Source: Callorhinchus milii (Eukaryota). Taken from it: 64,000 nucleotides of DNA. The stretch is taken from the NCBI RefSeq assembly GCF_018977255.1, contig NW_024704771.1, positions 4,030,001-4,094,000 on the forward strand, written 5' to 3'. A program made the translations under genes and the position numbers. This document shows, piece by piece, positions 63,140 through 64,000 of this stretch (within the stretch, counting starts at the first letter, position 1; every line of letters starts with the position of its first letter). Below the pieces are notes generated by a model. The model worked only from the letters and a program-made list of their open reading frames with translations, was not told the DNA's origin and did not search any database.

Positions 63140-63312
63140 TGGGTCGCTTCAATCCACGACTGTTTACGGGACGCTGCTGTGCGCAATTGGCTGTCGCGTT
63201 TCGCCCACAAAGTGTGTACAGTCGATTCACTTAACAGTAAACCCTGTGAAGCGCTTTGAGACGTCTGGAAGATGTGATCAGGTGCTATATCAAATGCAAG
63301 GATTATAATATA
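63140..63312 (+). mobile_element. SINE body/3' tail
   Basis: ccacgactgtttacgggacgctgctgtgcgcaattggctg...gctatatcaaatgcaaggattat. Confidence 0.65.
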
Positions 63313-64000
63313 AGTTTAGACTCCCAAACCCGGTCACACACCAGGTCAACGGGAATCGGAAAGCTCAGTTGGACATACTGCAGGAAGCTTATGAGTGGGG
63401 AAGTGGGTCTCTCATCTCTAATACTGACCAATACTCAAGTAATTCAACAGAAATTCAATGCGTTGCAGCCCCGTCGGCTGAAATTAGGCAAAAACCGCGG
63501 CAGTTCAATGCGTCCGTGAGCTCGAAACCCCCCGGTGAGAACGGGCCTGAGCGCCGTCTAAACTAAACTACACCGAACACGGTGGCCGGTCAGCGATGCC
63601 GTCAACCCAGGAAGTGGGTCGCACCTAACGGTCAAACCCAACACCGTGACCCCCAAACGGGGTGGTGGGGGGGGGTTCGAAATAGGTCAAGTTTCGGGTG
63701 GTGGCGGTGGTGGTGGTGGGGGGGGTAAGAGGGATTGAGCGCTATCCCCAATCCCAATTGTCCCCCCCCCACCCCCTCACCGAAATTTGGTTCACTCTCT
63801 CTCCCTCCCCCCATCTGTCCTCTCTCCCCCTCCTTCTCCCCTCCCCCCTCCCCTTCACTCCCTCACTCCCTCTCTCCATCCCCACCCTCTCCCTCTCTTA
63901 TTATTATTGTGAGTCTGACTGTGACTCCCACTCGGCGTCGGTGACGTTAACCCTGAAGGTCCCTGTTGTTAGAATATACACTTTTTGTATACTGCTAGAA

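Overview
Eukaryotic genomic DNA, most likely from a cartilaginous fish (possibly a holocephalan, judged from HER1/CR1 tails, Deu-domain SINEs and tRNA-Ala SINEs with SacSINE1-like tails). It is a draft assembly with many N gaps. The window holds a rapidly evolving cluster of RING/B-box/coiled-coil/B30.2 (PRY-SPRY) TRIM genes. There are eight loci, labelled A, B, C, D, E, G, H and I here, plus two relics; the typical coding-exon pattern is ~411/96/231/23/116/536 nt. The first two coding exons of a PRRT1 (SynDIG4) homologue, an MHC class III marker in mammals, lie at 7.5 kb and 15.4 kb; its CD225 exons were not found. Four ~5.4-5.7 kb tandem units each carry a CpG-island promoter with a CArG/TATA box, E-boxes and a variable ~30-bp minisatellite containing MYB/GLIS-type sites. 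A second TRIM class has an ISRE-like element ~30-40 bp before the ATG. Main observations: a RING-dead, coiled-coil-deleted but fully open TRIM (G); mosaic exon combinations among paralogues; hypervariable B30.2 loops; a compact NF-kB/IRF/AP-1 motif cluster; and a candidate spliced 3' UTR or alternative terminal exon.
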